Shown: positions 54,416-63,081, numbered from the stretch's first letter. The stretch: DNA of 64,000 bases from an uncultured Chloroflexia bacterium (GCA_963744095.1 CAVUSH010000003.1:1162-65161); one strand, 5' to 3'. Notes: generated by a model not told the origin, from the sequence alone. Translations and numbers: made by a program.

Positions 54416-54443
54416 TTGCTTCTGGGCTTTAGAATGATACAAT
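54416..54443 (+). promoter_or_regulatory. promoter candidate for hicBA copy 1
   Basis: TTGCTT (54416-54421), 16 nt, TACAAT (54438-54443). AAGGAGGG RBS before GTG 54465. Confidence 0.5.
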
Positions 54444-54464
54444 GAACGCAAGGAGGGACGGAAC

Positions 54465-54680
54465 GTGAAATTCAATGTAATCCTGACTCCCGCGGAAGAG
54501 GGCGGGTTCATAGTGACGGTTCCGGCCCTCGACGGTTGTTTTACGGAAGGCGAAACGGAAAAGCAAGCCCTCAAGAACGCCAAGGAAGCCATTGTCTGCT
54601 ATCTCGAAGGCCTCGAGAAGGTCAATCAGATCAGGCTTAAACCCAAGACCGTCATCAAGGAAATCGAGGTCCACGTTTGA
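54465..54680 (+). CDS. hicB: HicB-family antitoxin (short form, no obvious DNA-binding tail)
   Basis: ORF 54465..54680. [43 protein letters not shown] is a typical HicB/UPF0150 N-domain. Confidence 0.85.
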   Translation: MKFNVILTPAEEGGFIVTVPALDGCFTEGETEKQALKNAKEAIVCYLEGLEKVNQIRLKPKTVIKEIEVHV

Positions 54681-54892
54681 GCCGAACGTTTTCCGGGAAA
54701 GAGGTCGTCAAGGCCCTTCGCCGGAGTGGCTATGTCGTCGATCATCAGCGCGGCAGCCACATCTTCTTGCACAACCTGGAAAGGAACGTCTCATTGGTGA
54801 TACCGCTCCATAAAGAGCTCAAGAAGGGAACTCTTCACGCCATCTTGAAAAAAGCCGGCCTGTCCTTGGGGGATCTCAAGGAACTCGTCTAG
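54677..54892 (+). CDS. hicA: HicA-family mRNA interferase toxin
   Basis: ORF 54677..54892. TTG start overlaps the hicB TGA (TTGA). [26 protein letters not shown]...[12 protein letters not shown] is the HicA/YcfA signature. Confidence 0.85.
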   Translation: MSRTFSGKEVVKALRRSGYVVDHQRGSHIFLHNLERNVSLVIPLHKELKKGTLHAILKKAGLSLGDLKELV

Positions 54893-55008
54893 CCCGGGCG
54901 TCTTCTCTCTCGGCCGGAACCTGGCCCGGCATGGCTTGAATGCGCGGACCCTTTTCGATCTTTTCCTCGAGCTCCGCGAGATCCTGAAGGCGATACGCGA
55001 GCGGCTCG

Positions 55009-56115
55009 CTACTTGACCTTCCAGGTCATGGAATAGCGCTTGACGTACTGGATCCCCTCATCGTCCTGAATGATCGCATAGAGCTTGCCGTCCTTGAAGA
55101 CCAGAGGCTCGCCCGGAATAGGATAATCGCAGAGGTAGCGCCCCTCCGGATCGAAGATGTTGAAAACGTCGACCCCCGCTCCAGGATCTCTCTGCCAGGT
55201 GGAAACGTAGAAGCGGCCGTCCTCGTCGGCATAGACCCACGAGAGGGGCGGCAAGTGCCTAGGGACGGTGATCTCATCCCGGGATTGGATCCCGATCCGC
55301 TTCATCTGGCGGTCGACATCCTGATCGGAAACCGGAACGGGATCGTAAGCCTTGATGATGGTCCGAACTAGGCGGCCCCCGGCGTCAAAAACGCTAAGGC
55401 GGTAATCCCTCTCCCCCGAGGCACATACGATCTCGCGTCCGCGAGAGATATCCCAACGGACGACGCTCGCAAACAACTGGAACTTCGCGGACGGGTCCGG
55501 CATCGGGGAAAAGGCCAGGACCTTCTTCTGCTTGAGACCGGGGCCGCAGAGAACGACTTCATAGCGGGGCTTCTCCTCTTCCATGACCATCCTTGTGCCC
55601 ACGGCATCTCCGCTCTCAAGGTATTTGATAAAAGCCCGCGGCCCGACCGAGTTATCTTGGCTGCGCAGGAAGAGTCCTGCCCGATCGAAAAAGGACAGCC
55701 TACCCATTTCCCCCACAAGGATCTCTCCGGCGGGGGCGAGAGCGACGAAGAACGGGCCCTGGAACTCCCCCGGCCCCTGACCGCGTCTTCCGATCGAACG
55801 AACATGCCGGCCGTCGTTCCCGAAGACATCGACTCGGGGCTTCCGTTGATCGAGCGTGATGATCGATCCTTTATCATCGACCGCGAGACCCCGCAAACTT
55901 ATGAACATGTATTCCTCGGCGCCCGCGGCCGTCCCGATCGTCAGATCCTCCTTGAGTTCCAAAGCCCCTTGCGGATACATGGGAGTTGATGGATTTCGAA
56001 CGACCTCGACGCCGTTCGCGGTCTCGATCGATCCCTTCCAAGCGGACTCTCCCTTACAGCCCCAAACGACGGCTAAGAGCGGCAAAAAGGCTAGAAATAT
56101 CCCTGCTTTTCGCAT
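55009..56115 (-). CDS. 6-bladed beta-propeller (NHL-like) protein, probable lipoprotein
   Basis: ORF 55009..56169. ATG 56113-56115 (MRKAGIFLAFLPLLAVVWGC) after GAGGAGG. GRRGQGPGEF motif. Paralog of 61897..63081. Confidence 0.75.
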   Translation of the reverse strand: MRKAGIFLAFLPLLAVVWGCKGESAWKGSIETANGVEVVRNPSTPMYPQGALELKEDLTIGTAAGAEEYMFISLRGLAVDDKGSIITLDQRKPRVDVFGNDGRHVRSIGRRGQGPGEFQGPFFVALAPAGEILVGEMGRLSFFDRAGLFLRSQDNSVGPRAFIKYLESGDAVGTRMVMEEEKPRYEVVLCGPGLKQKKVLAFSPMPDPSAKFQLFASVVRWDISRGREIVCASGERDYRLSVFDAGGRLVRTIIKAYDPVPVSDQDVDRQMKRIGIQSRDEITVPRHLPPLSWVYADEDGRFYVSTWQRDPGAGVDVFNIFDPEGRYLCDYPIPGEPLVFKDGKLYAIIQDDEGIQYVKRYSMTWKVK

Positions 56116-56256
56116 TTTGCCTCCTCGCTGTATATCCCCTCCCCAAAGAGATATCCCTCGCAACGACAATAGTCAAGGTTCTCAAATCACAAGGGCAGGC
56201 GTGGAAATCCCCTAAGCGATCTTGGCCTTCTTGAGGGAAAACGACAGCTCTCCTAT

Positions 56257-56448
56257 CTTGACCAAATCTTGACCAAACCGACGGAAAAACAGAGACGACC
56301 CGGGACTGGCAGGGACGCGCAGGGAAGCGGATTTGCCCTGTTGGAGCACGTTTATCAGGGATTTCTCGGGGAAGCCGGAAAAGGCGCTTACTGAGTTAAT
56401 CGCCCCAGGGTCAATATTTTACTGATTTAAAAGGGGTTGTCAATCTGA
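56257..56448 (+). repeat. R element, copy a
   Basis: CTTGACCAAATCTTGACCAAACC followed by a conserved non-coding stretch of about 130 nt (...GTTTATCAGGGATTTCTCGGGGA...CTGAGTTAATCGCCC) and a weaker extension to TTGTCAATCTGA. Confidence 0.8.
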
Positions 56449-56624
56449 AGTCGGGTAGTTTGAGGCCTAATATTCTGCCGCTGGGAAAAACACTCTGTTG
56501 GAGACCTTCCTCGAGCTGCGCAAAATCCTGAAGGCAATCCAGAAAGGCTCGGTCTACGAAGACGATAAGGGGTTGCACATTCCGACTTTCGTCGTTATAT
56601 TAATATAAAGAAAGGGACTGCCGG

Positions 56625-57857
56625 ATGAACCGCAGGAGATGGGGGATTCAAATATCTTTGATTTTTATCATGATCTTCCTAATTTTCGCATGCTTACCGA
56701 GACTGAAAAAGATGGGCTCGGCAGCCATTTCGTCCGACGGCGAGGGAGAGCCAGGTCCGGTAAATAGATCCGAATGGTCCTGGTTTGATGGCCAGGGAAG
56801 AACCCGCTCATATGAGCAGACGTTTGATAGAATCCGCGAGATTGTGAGCAGAAATGGTATCCGGGGGCTTTCCCTTGTTCTGAAACAGGCAAAACTCTGG
56901 ACGGATAATCCTGACGTGTTTCATCTTAACCTGGGTTTTGAGTCTTCCCAATCTACGAAGTCGATCGACGCAAAGACCATTTTTCGCGCCGATAGACTTG
57001 GGCAGACAGTTGTTGCCTATCTGGTTCTAAGGCTCGCTAGCGACGGACAATTCGATCTCGACCGATCGTTATCAAGATACGTCGCGAAATCCGCGATGGA
57101 AGGTTCCTTTTATAAAGATATCGCAAACGACCGTCGATGTGCGCAACTGACAGCGAGGCGGATCCTTAGCCACCAAAGCGGGCTGGTCAACTCGCGGTTG
57201 AATCATCCCGATAAGAAATTAACGTTTATCACTTCGCCAGGGAAAGGTTATGCCTATTCCGACGAGGGATTCGGATATCTCCAGTTTATTCTGGAACAGA
57301 CGCTTGGCAGAGGCTTGGATGAGCTCGCTAACGCCTATGTTTTCGGTCCCTTTGCTATGACACAATCCAAGTTCTCCTGCGAGATCCATGCTCCCGCGGA
57401 CTCGGCCTTTCATCCTGGCGATTCGAAATCGGGCCAGCCCTGTGCTTTCTTTACGACCTCCTCGGATTTTACGAATTTCATGTGGCAGATCAGGATGGTG
57501 ATAGGCGAGCTGCCTTATGAAGCCTGGGCTTCATATCTCATCGACCCGACTGTTTCCGTCCGCTCTCCCTCAATACTGACGGAAGGGCCGTACGAGGGCA
57601 AACTGAGCCTGCCCTCAAAGCTGGCTTGGTGTCTGGGGTGGGGTATTTACCGAATTCCCAGGGTCGAAGCTGGGGCCTGCACTTTTATTGGAGAGAAGAA
57701 TCAAGAGATGGAATCTTACGCCACCGTTTTTTATTCTAACCATTCAACGGCAGTGACGATCTTTGCAGTCCCGTCATCCTCAGATTCGGCAATTCCTTTG
57801 ATCTTTAGGGAACTTCTCGGTGATATGGAGAATCCGTTCTCCTGGCTTGGGTTTTAA
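56625..57857 (+). CDS. beta-lactamase/transpeptidase-fold (class C / esterase VIII-like) protein lacking the SxxK motif, membrane-anchored
   Basis: ORF 56625..57857 with visibly lower GC. N-terminal TM IQISLIFIMIFLIFA. The family segment reads FRADRLGQTVVAYLVLRLASDGQFDLD where FRxxSxxKT... is expected. YSD replaces YxN. Confidence 0.65.
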   Translation: MNRRRWGIQISLIFIMIFLIFACLPRLKKMGSAAISSDGEGEPGPVNRSEWSWFDGQGRTRSYEQTFDRIREIVSRNGIRGLSLVLKQAKLWTDNPDVFHLNLGFESSQSTKSIDAKTIFRADRLGQTVVAYLVLRLASDGQFDLDRSLSRYVAKSAMEGSFYKDIANDRRCAQLTARRILSHQSGLVNSRLNHPDKKLTFITSPGKGYAYSDEGFGYLQFILEQTLGRGLDELANAYVFGPFAMTQSKFSCEIHAPADSAFHPGDSKSGQPCAFFTTSSDFTNFMWQIRMVIGELPYEAWASYLIDPTVSVRSPSILTEGPYEGKLSLPSKLAWCLGWGIYRIPRVEAGACTFIGEKNQEMESYATVFYSNHSTAVTIFAVPSSSDSAIPLIFRELLGDMENPFSWLGF

Positions 57858-57875
57858 AGGAAGGCCAGAGATATC

Positions 57876-58024
57876 CTTGACCAAATCTTGACCAAACCAC
57901 GGAAAAACCGAAACGAACAGGGACGGATAGGGACGCTCCAGGAAGCGGTTTTCCCCTGTTGTAGCACGTTTATCAGGGATTTCTCGGGGAGGGCTCAAAA
58001 AGGGCTTACTGAGTGAATCGCCCA
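57876..58024 (+). repeat. R element, copy b
   Basis: Same opening CTTGACCAAATCTTGACCAAACC and conserved body. It has a 1-nt deletion relative to copies a and d. Confidence 0.8.
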
Positions 58025-58093
58025 GTCGGCTTCGGGTTAATTAAGGCGGAACCGCCCTTGTTGAATGGCGGAACTTCTGGCATGAGTTCCGGG

Positions 58094-58315
58094 CCAAAAA
58101 TGTGTGTCCATAAATGTGTCCTAAGTACTTTCTTGATCCGAAGAATTTCTTCGCCAAATTGCGGATTTGCAGCCGTGTCCCGCTCAGGATCTACCCATAT
58201 TTCGACTAAGGCAGAGAACGTGGACACACTTTGGACACACTTTGCCCTCTCCGCGTTCCTGGCTTTTCTCGGTTTTTCCAGGTTTTACGCGGGATTTCTG
58301 GCGAGGGATTATTGA
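58094..58315 (+). repeat. Q element, copy b
   Basis: AAATGTGTGTCC and AAATGTGTCC (58098-58121), a 100-bp core with palindrome CGAAGAATTTCTTCG (58139-58153), then GGACACACTTT twice (58222-58243). Near-identical to 60901-61108. Confidence 0.8.
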
Positions 58316-58325
58316 AGTTCACCCC

Positions 58326-58352
58326 ATATAGAAAAGGAGTTTCTGGAACTCC
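58326..58352 (-). terminator. hairpin plus T-tract downstream of tRNA-Phe copy 2
   Basis: Minus strand GGAGTT-ccaga-AACTCC (58352-58336), then TTTTC. About 20 nt after the tRNA 3' end. Confidence 0.45.
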
Positions 58353-58371
58353 TATGGGAGAAAAAGAAGAA

Positions 58372-58444
58372 TGGCTAGGGACGGAATTGAACCGCCGACG
58401 CAAGGATTTTCAGTCCTTCGCTCTACCAACTGAGCTACCTAGCC
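58372..58444 (-). tRNA. tRNA-Phe (GAA), copy 2, identical to copy 1
   Basis: Same 73-nt sequence as 54230-54302. Confidence 0.93.
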
Positions 58445-60344
58445 ATTGACCGCCCGGCGACCGCCGGAAAGCGCGTTCAGTCTAGCCATTTGGAGCAAAG
58501 TCAACGGCCTGAGGCCGATAACCAACCTTTGGTTCAATTGAGGACGCCGCGGCCTCTTTGCTCCTGGGCTTAGGATGGATACAATGAACGGTCGGAGGGA
58601 CGGAACGTGAAATTCAATGTAATCCCGACTCCCGCGGAAGAGGGCGGGTTCATTGGTTCCACGGTTTGAGCCGGAAAGGGGTGCTGACCTTGCTTTTATC
58701 GCCGCCCAACTCAAGATACTTCTTAAATATTCCCCGGCTTTGTTAGGTTCGTTCCGTCCATTATAAATCCTCCCTAGCTCGAGGTACGGGACGAGCGCGT
58801 TCGGATTGTAAGCGATCGCCTTCTCGAAGTAATCGATCGCCTGTCCGGTCTTTCCTTGCCCGGCATAGAGGAGCCCCAGGTATTGGCAGGACGGGGCTGA
58901 CACCGGTTCGACTTTGACCGTGAGGGAATGCTCCAGGATGGCGGCATCGGCCTGAAGCGGCGCACCAGCCGCGGCGTTCTCCTGGCGAATAGCCTCCAGC
59001 CAGTTCTTCTCGGCCCTCAGATCGTCCCCAAGCTCATGGTAAGCGCATGCCAGGTTGTAGAAGCTCAGTGGATCCCGCGTATTCAGCCCGAGGGCCTTTT
59101 CATACGAGCGTGCGGCATTCTCGTAATCCCCGATCTTAAAGTAGACATTCCCCATTAGGTCGCGCGCTTCCGCGCTATTGTTCTTTAGCGCGATGGTCCT
59201 TGCGCCGCAGGCGAGAGCTTCCGCGAAACGGCCCAGCGTATTGCTGAGCTGGCCGAGATTGTAGTAAATCGTCGGCGAATCGGCATAGATTTCGGTGAAC
59301 TCACGCAGCTGATTGGCGGCGTCGACGAGGAGGCCTAACTGGATGTACTGAAGGGCATATCGGTTAGCCACTGCGGCGACGTCGTTTGGCCGGCCCTCCA
59401 GGACGTAGAGAAACCGCGGCCCTCTGGCCTTCATGAACTCCCGAGAAAATATCGACGCAGACGAACCATCGACGATGCGCCTGCCCGCCCGAGCCTGTTC
59501 CAATAGGAACCGGGCCTGGAAATCCAGCGGGCTCAACTTCACAACCCTCGTCAGCACCTGGGCAGCTTTTTGGAAATCGGACCGTCGCATATCGTCAATG
59601 GCCACATTCTTGAGTGGTTCCGGCCGGAAAGGTTCGGCGGCAACGGCCTCCTCAAGAGAAACCCGGCTTTCTTCCTGCCGGCCGAGTTGCGCCAAGATGA
59701 TAGCCTTGAGCATGAACACATCGGAGGGAATATCCGTGACGATGATCTTGTTCTTTGGTGGCGCACGCCGTCTTTCCCGTTACGGCGGAAATCCCCCCGA
59801 TCTCCCCTTCGGCCGACGAAATATCGCCCTTCGTGCCGCAAAGCCTCAGGGCCTCCGGCCAATGCCCCGCTTCCATTTCCGCGTAGATTGACTGAAGCCA
59901 GCAATCTGTGGCGTCGTAGCTCAGGTCCTGGGCACGAAGAAACCAGGATCTCGCGGCCTGGGAATCTTGCTTTTTAATCGCCTCCAAACCAAGGAGGTAG
60001 GCGGGAAGGCCGGCATTGGGAAATAGGCCCCTTAGGTTGGCGTTGAGCTTCTTGACGTTGGACGAATTCACGATCTTATCCAGCTTTGCTTGGATTGTCC
60101 GAGCGGTCATGAGGGCATCATCGGGCTTCCCTGAGGCATGCTGAATGAAGCTGAGAAGGATCAGCGGATTGAGATCATCGGGAAATAATTCACGCTCCCG
60201 ATTGAGAACGCCCACGGCTTCCTTGTATTTGTTCAACCGGAAGTACGCGAAGGCCTGTTTGACCCGCAGTCCGCGCTCCATCGGGTGCGCCTGAAGGGCT
60301 AGCTCGAATTGCGAAATCGCTTCGTCATACAGCATAGAATCCAT
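58439..60344 (-). pseudogene. TPR-repeat protein, frameshifted and 3'-truncated/fused into repeat DNA
   Basis: ORFs 59652..60344 and 58439..59719 are TPR-like throughout (e.g. YYNLGQL, YFKIGDYENAARSYEKAL, YNLACAYHELGD). The frame switches near 59745-59760. After about 58654 the ORF reads antisense through the hicB stub and spacer and stops inside tRNA copy 2. A signal-peptide-like 45-codon ORF from TTG 60462 lies in another frame. Confidence 0.65.
58606..58653 (+). pseudogene. hicB remnant (first 16 codons only)
   Basis: GTGAAATTCAATGTAATCCCGACTCCCGCGGAAGAGGGCGGGTTCAT matches the hicB 5' end together with the spacer and promoter upstream. Similarity stops at 58653. Confidence 0.8.
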
Positions 60345-60669
60345 GCAGAACTAGAGCTCGTGCGATTCGCGGGTCTTCGCCCCCTAATGGCGGAGGCGCC
60401 ATGAACGCAGGGAGGATAGCCGCGGACAGCAGCAAGAATCGGAGACGAGCGGAAGTGATCAAAGATATCTGCCTTCTGACGCCGGGTTACCGTCGAGATC
60501 TGCGACGAAAACCTGGATGAGCTTTAGGATCACGGTGACTTCGTATTGGAGAGGCTTTATAGCCTGCTCGCTGCGCGGCTGACCTTTGCCCGCCTTGCTG
60601 AGCTCACACCAATAAAGTAGCGCGATTCTGGTGAGATTTCAATACAACAGACTGCTGCCGTCCTTTAAC

Positions 60670-60735
60670 CTTGACCAACTATTGACCAACCAACGGAAGA
60701 ACCGAGACGACCCGGGACGGCCGGGCACGCTCCGG
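60670..60735 (+). repeat. R element, copy c (partial, diverged)
   Basis: CTTGACCAACTATTGACCAACCAACGGAAGAACCGAGACGACCCGGGACGG... keeps the 11-bp phased direct repeat, then loses similarity. Confidence 0.65.
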
Positions 60736-60900
60736 TAAGCTGATTTCGTCTGTAGAATGGGCATTTCCGGGGTTTTTATGGAGAGGGCGAGAGAGTCGCC
60801 AACCGAGCTACAGCTCCGGTCGCTTCGAAAAGCGAGAGTGGGCGGTCGCTATCGAATAGCAGACCACGGACCAAGGGAAACTGGGGGCGAATTAGCGGGT

Positions 60901-61108
60901 CCAAAAATGTGTCCTAAGTACTTTCTTGATCCGAAGAATTTCTTCGCCAAATTGCGGATTTGCAGCCCTGTCCCGCTCAGGATCTACCCATATTTCGACT
61001 AAGGTAGAGAAAGTGGACACACTTTGGACACACTTTGCCCGCTTCGCATTCCTGGATTTTCCCGGTTTTTCCAGATTTTACGCGGTGTTTCGGGCGGGGG
61101 ATTATTGA
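60901..61108 (+). repeat. Q element, copy c
   Basis: One left-arm AAATGTGTCC (60905-60914), the same core, then GGACACACTTT twice (61014-61035). Confidence 0.8.
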
Positions 61109-61163
61109 CACTTTCCCCATACGGAAGAGGGCGGATCAGAGCTCATCTGGGGGAAAAAAAGAA

Positions 61164-61236
61164 TGGCTAGGGACGGAATTGAACCGTCGACGCAAGGATT
61201 TTCAGTCCTTCGCTCTACCTACTGAGCTACCTAGCC
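61164..61236 (-). tRNA. tRNA-Phe (GAA), copy 3, two substitutions
   Basis: Differs from copies 1 and 2 at U17->A (D-loop) and G50->A, which turns a G-U pair with U64 into A-U. Confidence 0.9.
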
Positions 61237-61351
61237 ATTGACCGCCCGGCGACCGCCGGAAAGCGCGTTCAGTTATGGTCATTCGGGGGGTAAAGTCAAC
61301 GGCCTGAGGCCGATAACCGACCTTTGGTTCAATTAGGTCGCCGCGGCTTCT

Positions 61352-61379
61352 TTGCTCCTGGGATTTAGAATGATACAAT
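61352..61379 (+). promoter_or_regulatory. promoter candidate for hicBA copy 2
   Basis: TTGCTC (61352-61357), 16 nt, TACAAT (61374-61379). Confidence 0.5.
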
Positions 61380-61400
61380 AAACGCTAGGAGGGACGGAAC

Positions 61401-61616
61401 GTGAAATTCAATGTAATCCTGACTCCCGCGGAAGAGGGCGGGTTCATAGTGACGGTTCCGGCCCTCGACGGTTGTTTTACGGAAGGCGAAACGGAAAAGC
61501 AAGCCCTCAAGAACGCCAAGGAAGCCATTGTCTGCTATCTCGAAGGCCTCGAGAAGATCAACCAGATCAAGTCCAGACCCAAGGCCGTCATCAAGGAAAT
61601 CGAGGTCCACGTTTGA
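61401..61616 (+). CDS. hicB: HicB-family antitoxin, copy 2
   Basis: ORF 61401..61616. Differs from copy 1 only near the C-terminus ([16 protein letters not shown] versus [16 protein letters not shown]). Confidence 0.85.
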   Translation: MKFNVILTPAEEGGFIVTVPALDGCFTEGETEKQALKNAKEAIVCYLEGLEKINQIKSRPKAVIKEIEVHV

Positions 61617-61828
61617 GCCGAACGTTTTCCGGGAAAGAGGTCGTCAAGGCCCTTCGCCGGAGTGGCTATGTCGTCGATCATCAGCGCGGCAGCCACATCT
61701 TCTTGCACAACCTGGAAAAGAACATCTCATTGGTGATGCCGCTCCATAAAGAGCTCAAGAAGGGAACTCTTCACGCCATCTTGAAAAAGGCCGGCCTGTC
61801 CTTGGGGGATCTCAAGGAACTCGTCTAG
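61613..61828 (+). CDS. hicA: HicA-family toxin, copy 2
   Basis: TTG 61613 overlaps the hicB TGA. It lies inside ORF track entry 61472..61828. [10 protein letters not shown] versus [10 protein letters not shown] in copy 1. Confidence 0.85.
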   Translation: MSRTFSGKEVVKALRRSGYVVDHQRGSHIFLHNLEKNISLVMPLHKELKKGTLHAILKKAGLSLGDLKELV

Positions 61829-61896
61829 CCCGGGCGTCTTCTCTCTCGGCCGGAACCTGGCCTGCCTGGAAATCAATAGGTCGAGTTATTCCGTTC

Positions 61897-63081
61897 CTAC
61901 TTTTCGACGATCTTGTACTCGTAGAAGCAGACGCCGCGGTAGCTGTCGAGCAGGAACAGCCGATCCTGGTGGACCCAGATCTTGTCGACGAAGTGGGTCA
62001 GGGGGATCTCGCCAAGAAGTATGCCGTCCGATCTGAAAATCTCCAGTTTGTACATGTCCGTCTTCCTAAGATCAGTGTGCCCGACGAGTTTTCGGGTCTC
62101 CGCCCCACCGACCTGGCCGCTATACATGACGATGACCTCCTCGTCCTTCCTAATCTGCCGGTCGCAGGTCACCACCCAGATCCGGCCAGAGCCGTCGGCA
62201 TCGAGGCTTCTCGCCACGGAATTGAATTTGGGATAGAAGGTCCGAGCCCCCTCACGCCGTCCCTTCTCCACCATTTTAGCCGGATAATTCAGTTCACGGT
62301 CGGCTCTCCACAACAACTGTCCGTCCGGCGAAAATTTCTCGATGCGATTCTGAAGGAGAAAGCAGAGGTAAATGTTGTCTTCACGGTCAACTGTGAAATC
62401 CCAAGAGTTACCCACGCTGTTCGCGAGCTCGTCTCCAAAGTCGAAGGGGTCCCCGAATTCTTGCTGCGGTGCGAGATCCGGCCCCAGTATTTTGACCAGC
62501 TTAGGCCCACGCCTATTGCCCTCGACGGCCATCTTCCCGGAACGCAAGAGCCGCATCTGGTAAATATCCAGGTTTATGACCGGGATGGTCTTAAGGACCT
62601 CGCCTTTTGATGCGAACACCTGGATCCGCCGCTGCCGGTTATCCAGGACGTGGAAGCGGCCTTCGCCGTCGAAGTCGATCGAGCGCGTGGACATGAACTC
62701 CCCGGGCCCCTGCCCTTTTCGGCCGACGGTCCTGAGGTAGCGGCCTTCCGGATCGAACACCTGGATGCGCTGATTCTGGCTGTCGGCGATGTAGATATTC
62801 CCGGCGGTGTCCACGGCCAAGTCTGCGGGTGAGTTGAAGGCCAGGTTCTCATCATCCGAATCCACGTCGCCGATTGTCCTCACCAGCTCGATAGAGACCT
62901 TCGGGGCCGTCCCCCAGACCCCACCCTTAGCGTTGTGAACGATCCGGACGCCGTTCTCGGCTACGATTGTCTGAGCAGAGATGCCCCGGGAAAGCAAGGG
63001 CCCAACGATAAGCGAAACTAATAGGAGGAGGAACGAGATTAATGGGAGTGCTGCAAGGTGGTTCTTTGTCCATACCGTCAT
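61897..63081 (-). CDS. 6-bladed beta-propeller (NHL-like) protein, signal-anchored
   Basis: ORF 61897..63081 with GGGAGGG RBS. GRKGQGPGEF, NIYIADSQNQRIQVF and RRIQVF blade motifs. Confidence 0.8.
   Translation of the reverse strand: MTVWTKNHLAALPLISFLLLLVSLIVGPLLSRGISAQTIVAENGVRIVHNAKGGVWGTAPKVSIELVRTIGDVDSDDENLAFNSPADLAVDTAGNIYIADSQNQRIQVFDPEGRYLRTVGRKGQGPGEFMSTRSIDFDGEGRFHVLDNRQRRIQVFASKGEVLKTIPVINLDIYQMRLLRSGKMAVEGNRRGPKLVKILGPDLAPQQEFGDPFDFGDELANSVGNSWDFTVDREDNIYLCFLLQNRIEKFSPDGQLLWRADRELNYPAKMVEKGRREGARTFYPKFNSVARSLDADGSGRIWVVTCDRQIRKDEEVIVMYSGQVGGAETRKLVGHTDLRKTDMYKLEIFRSDGILLGEIPLTHFVDKIWVHQDRLFLLDSYRGVCFYEYKIVEK

Noticed and set aside
54429-54674. 81-aa minus-strand ORFs antisense to hicB (also 61365..61610) and plus-strand off-frame ORFs 54592..54813 and 61528..61749
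   Set aside because: They are shadows of the well-supported hicB/hicA frames.
54964-56540. 33-nt similarity TCCTCGAGCT(C/G)CGC.A.ATCCTGAAGGC.ATAC at 54964-54996 and 56508-56540, readable as ..FLELR(E/K)ILKAI..
   Set aside because: It is too short, has no credible start and the continuations differ. It is probably relics of a decayed gene. Not enough to call a feature.
58013-58315. 100-aa ORF inside Q copy b, conserved as 60926..61108 in copy c; also minus-strand ORFs 58006..58227, 58206..58403 and 57780..57998
   Set aside because: Between the two Q copies nearly all substitutions in these frames are non-synonymous. Copy b carries a 12-nt repeat-unit insertion. There is no RBS and no family resemblance. 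The conservation is better explained as DNA or RNA-level repeats.
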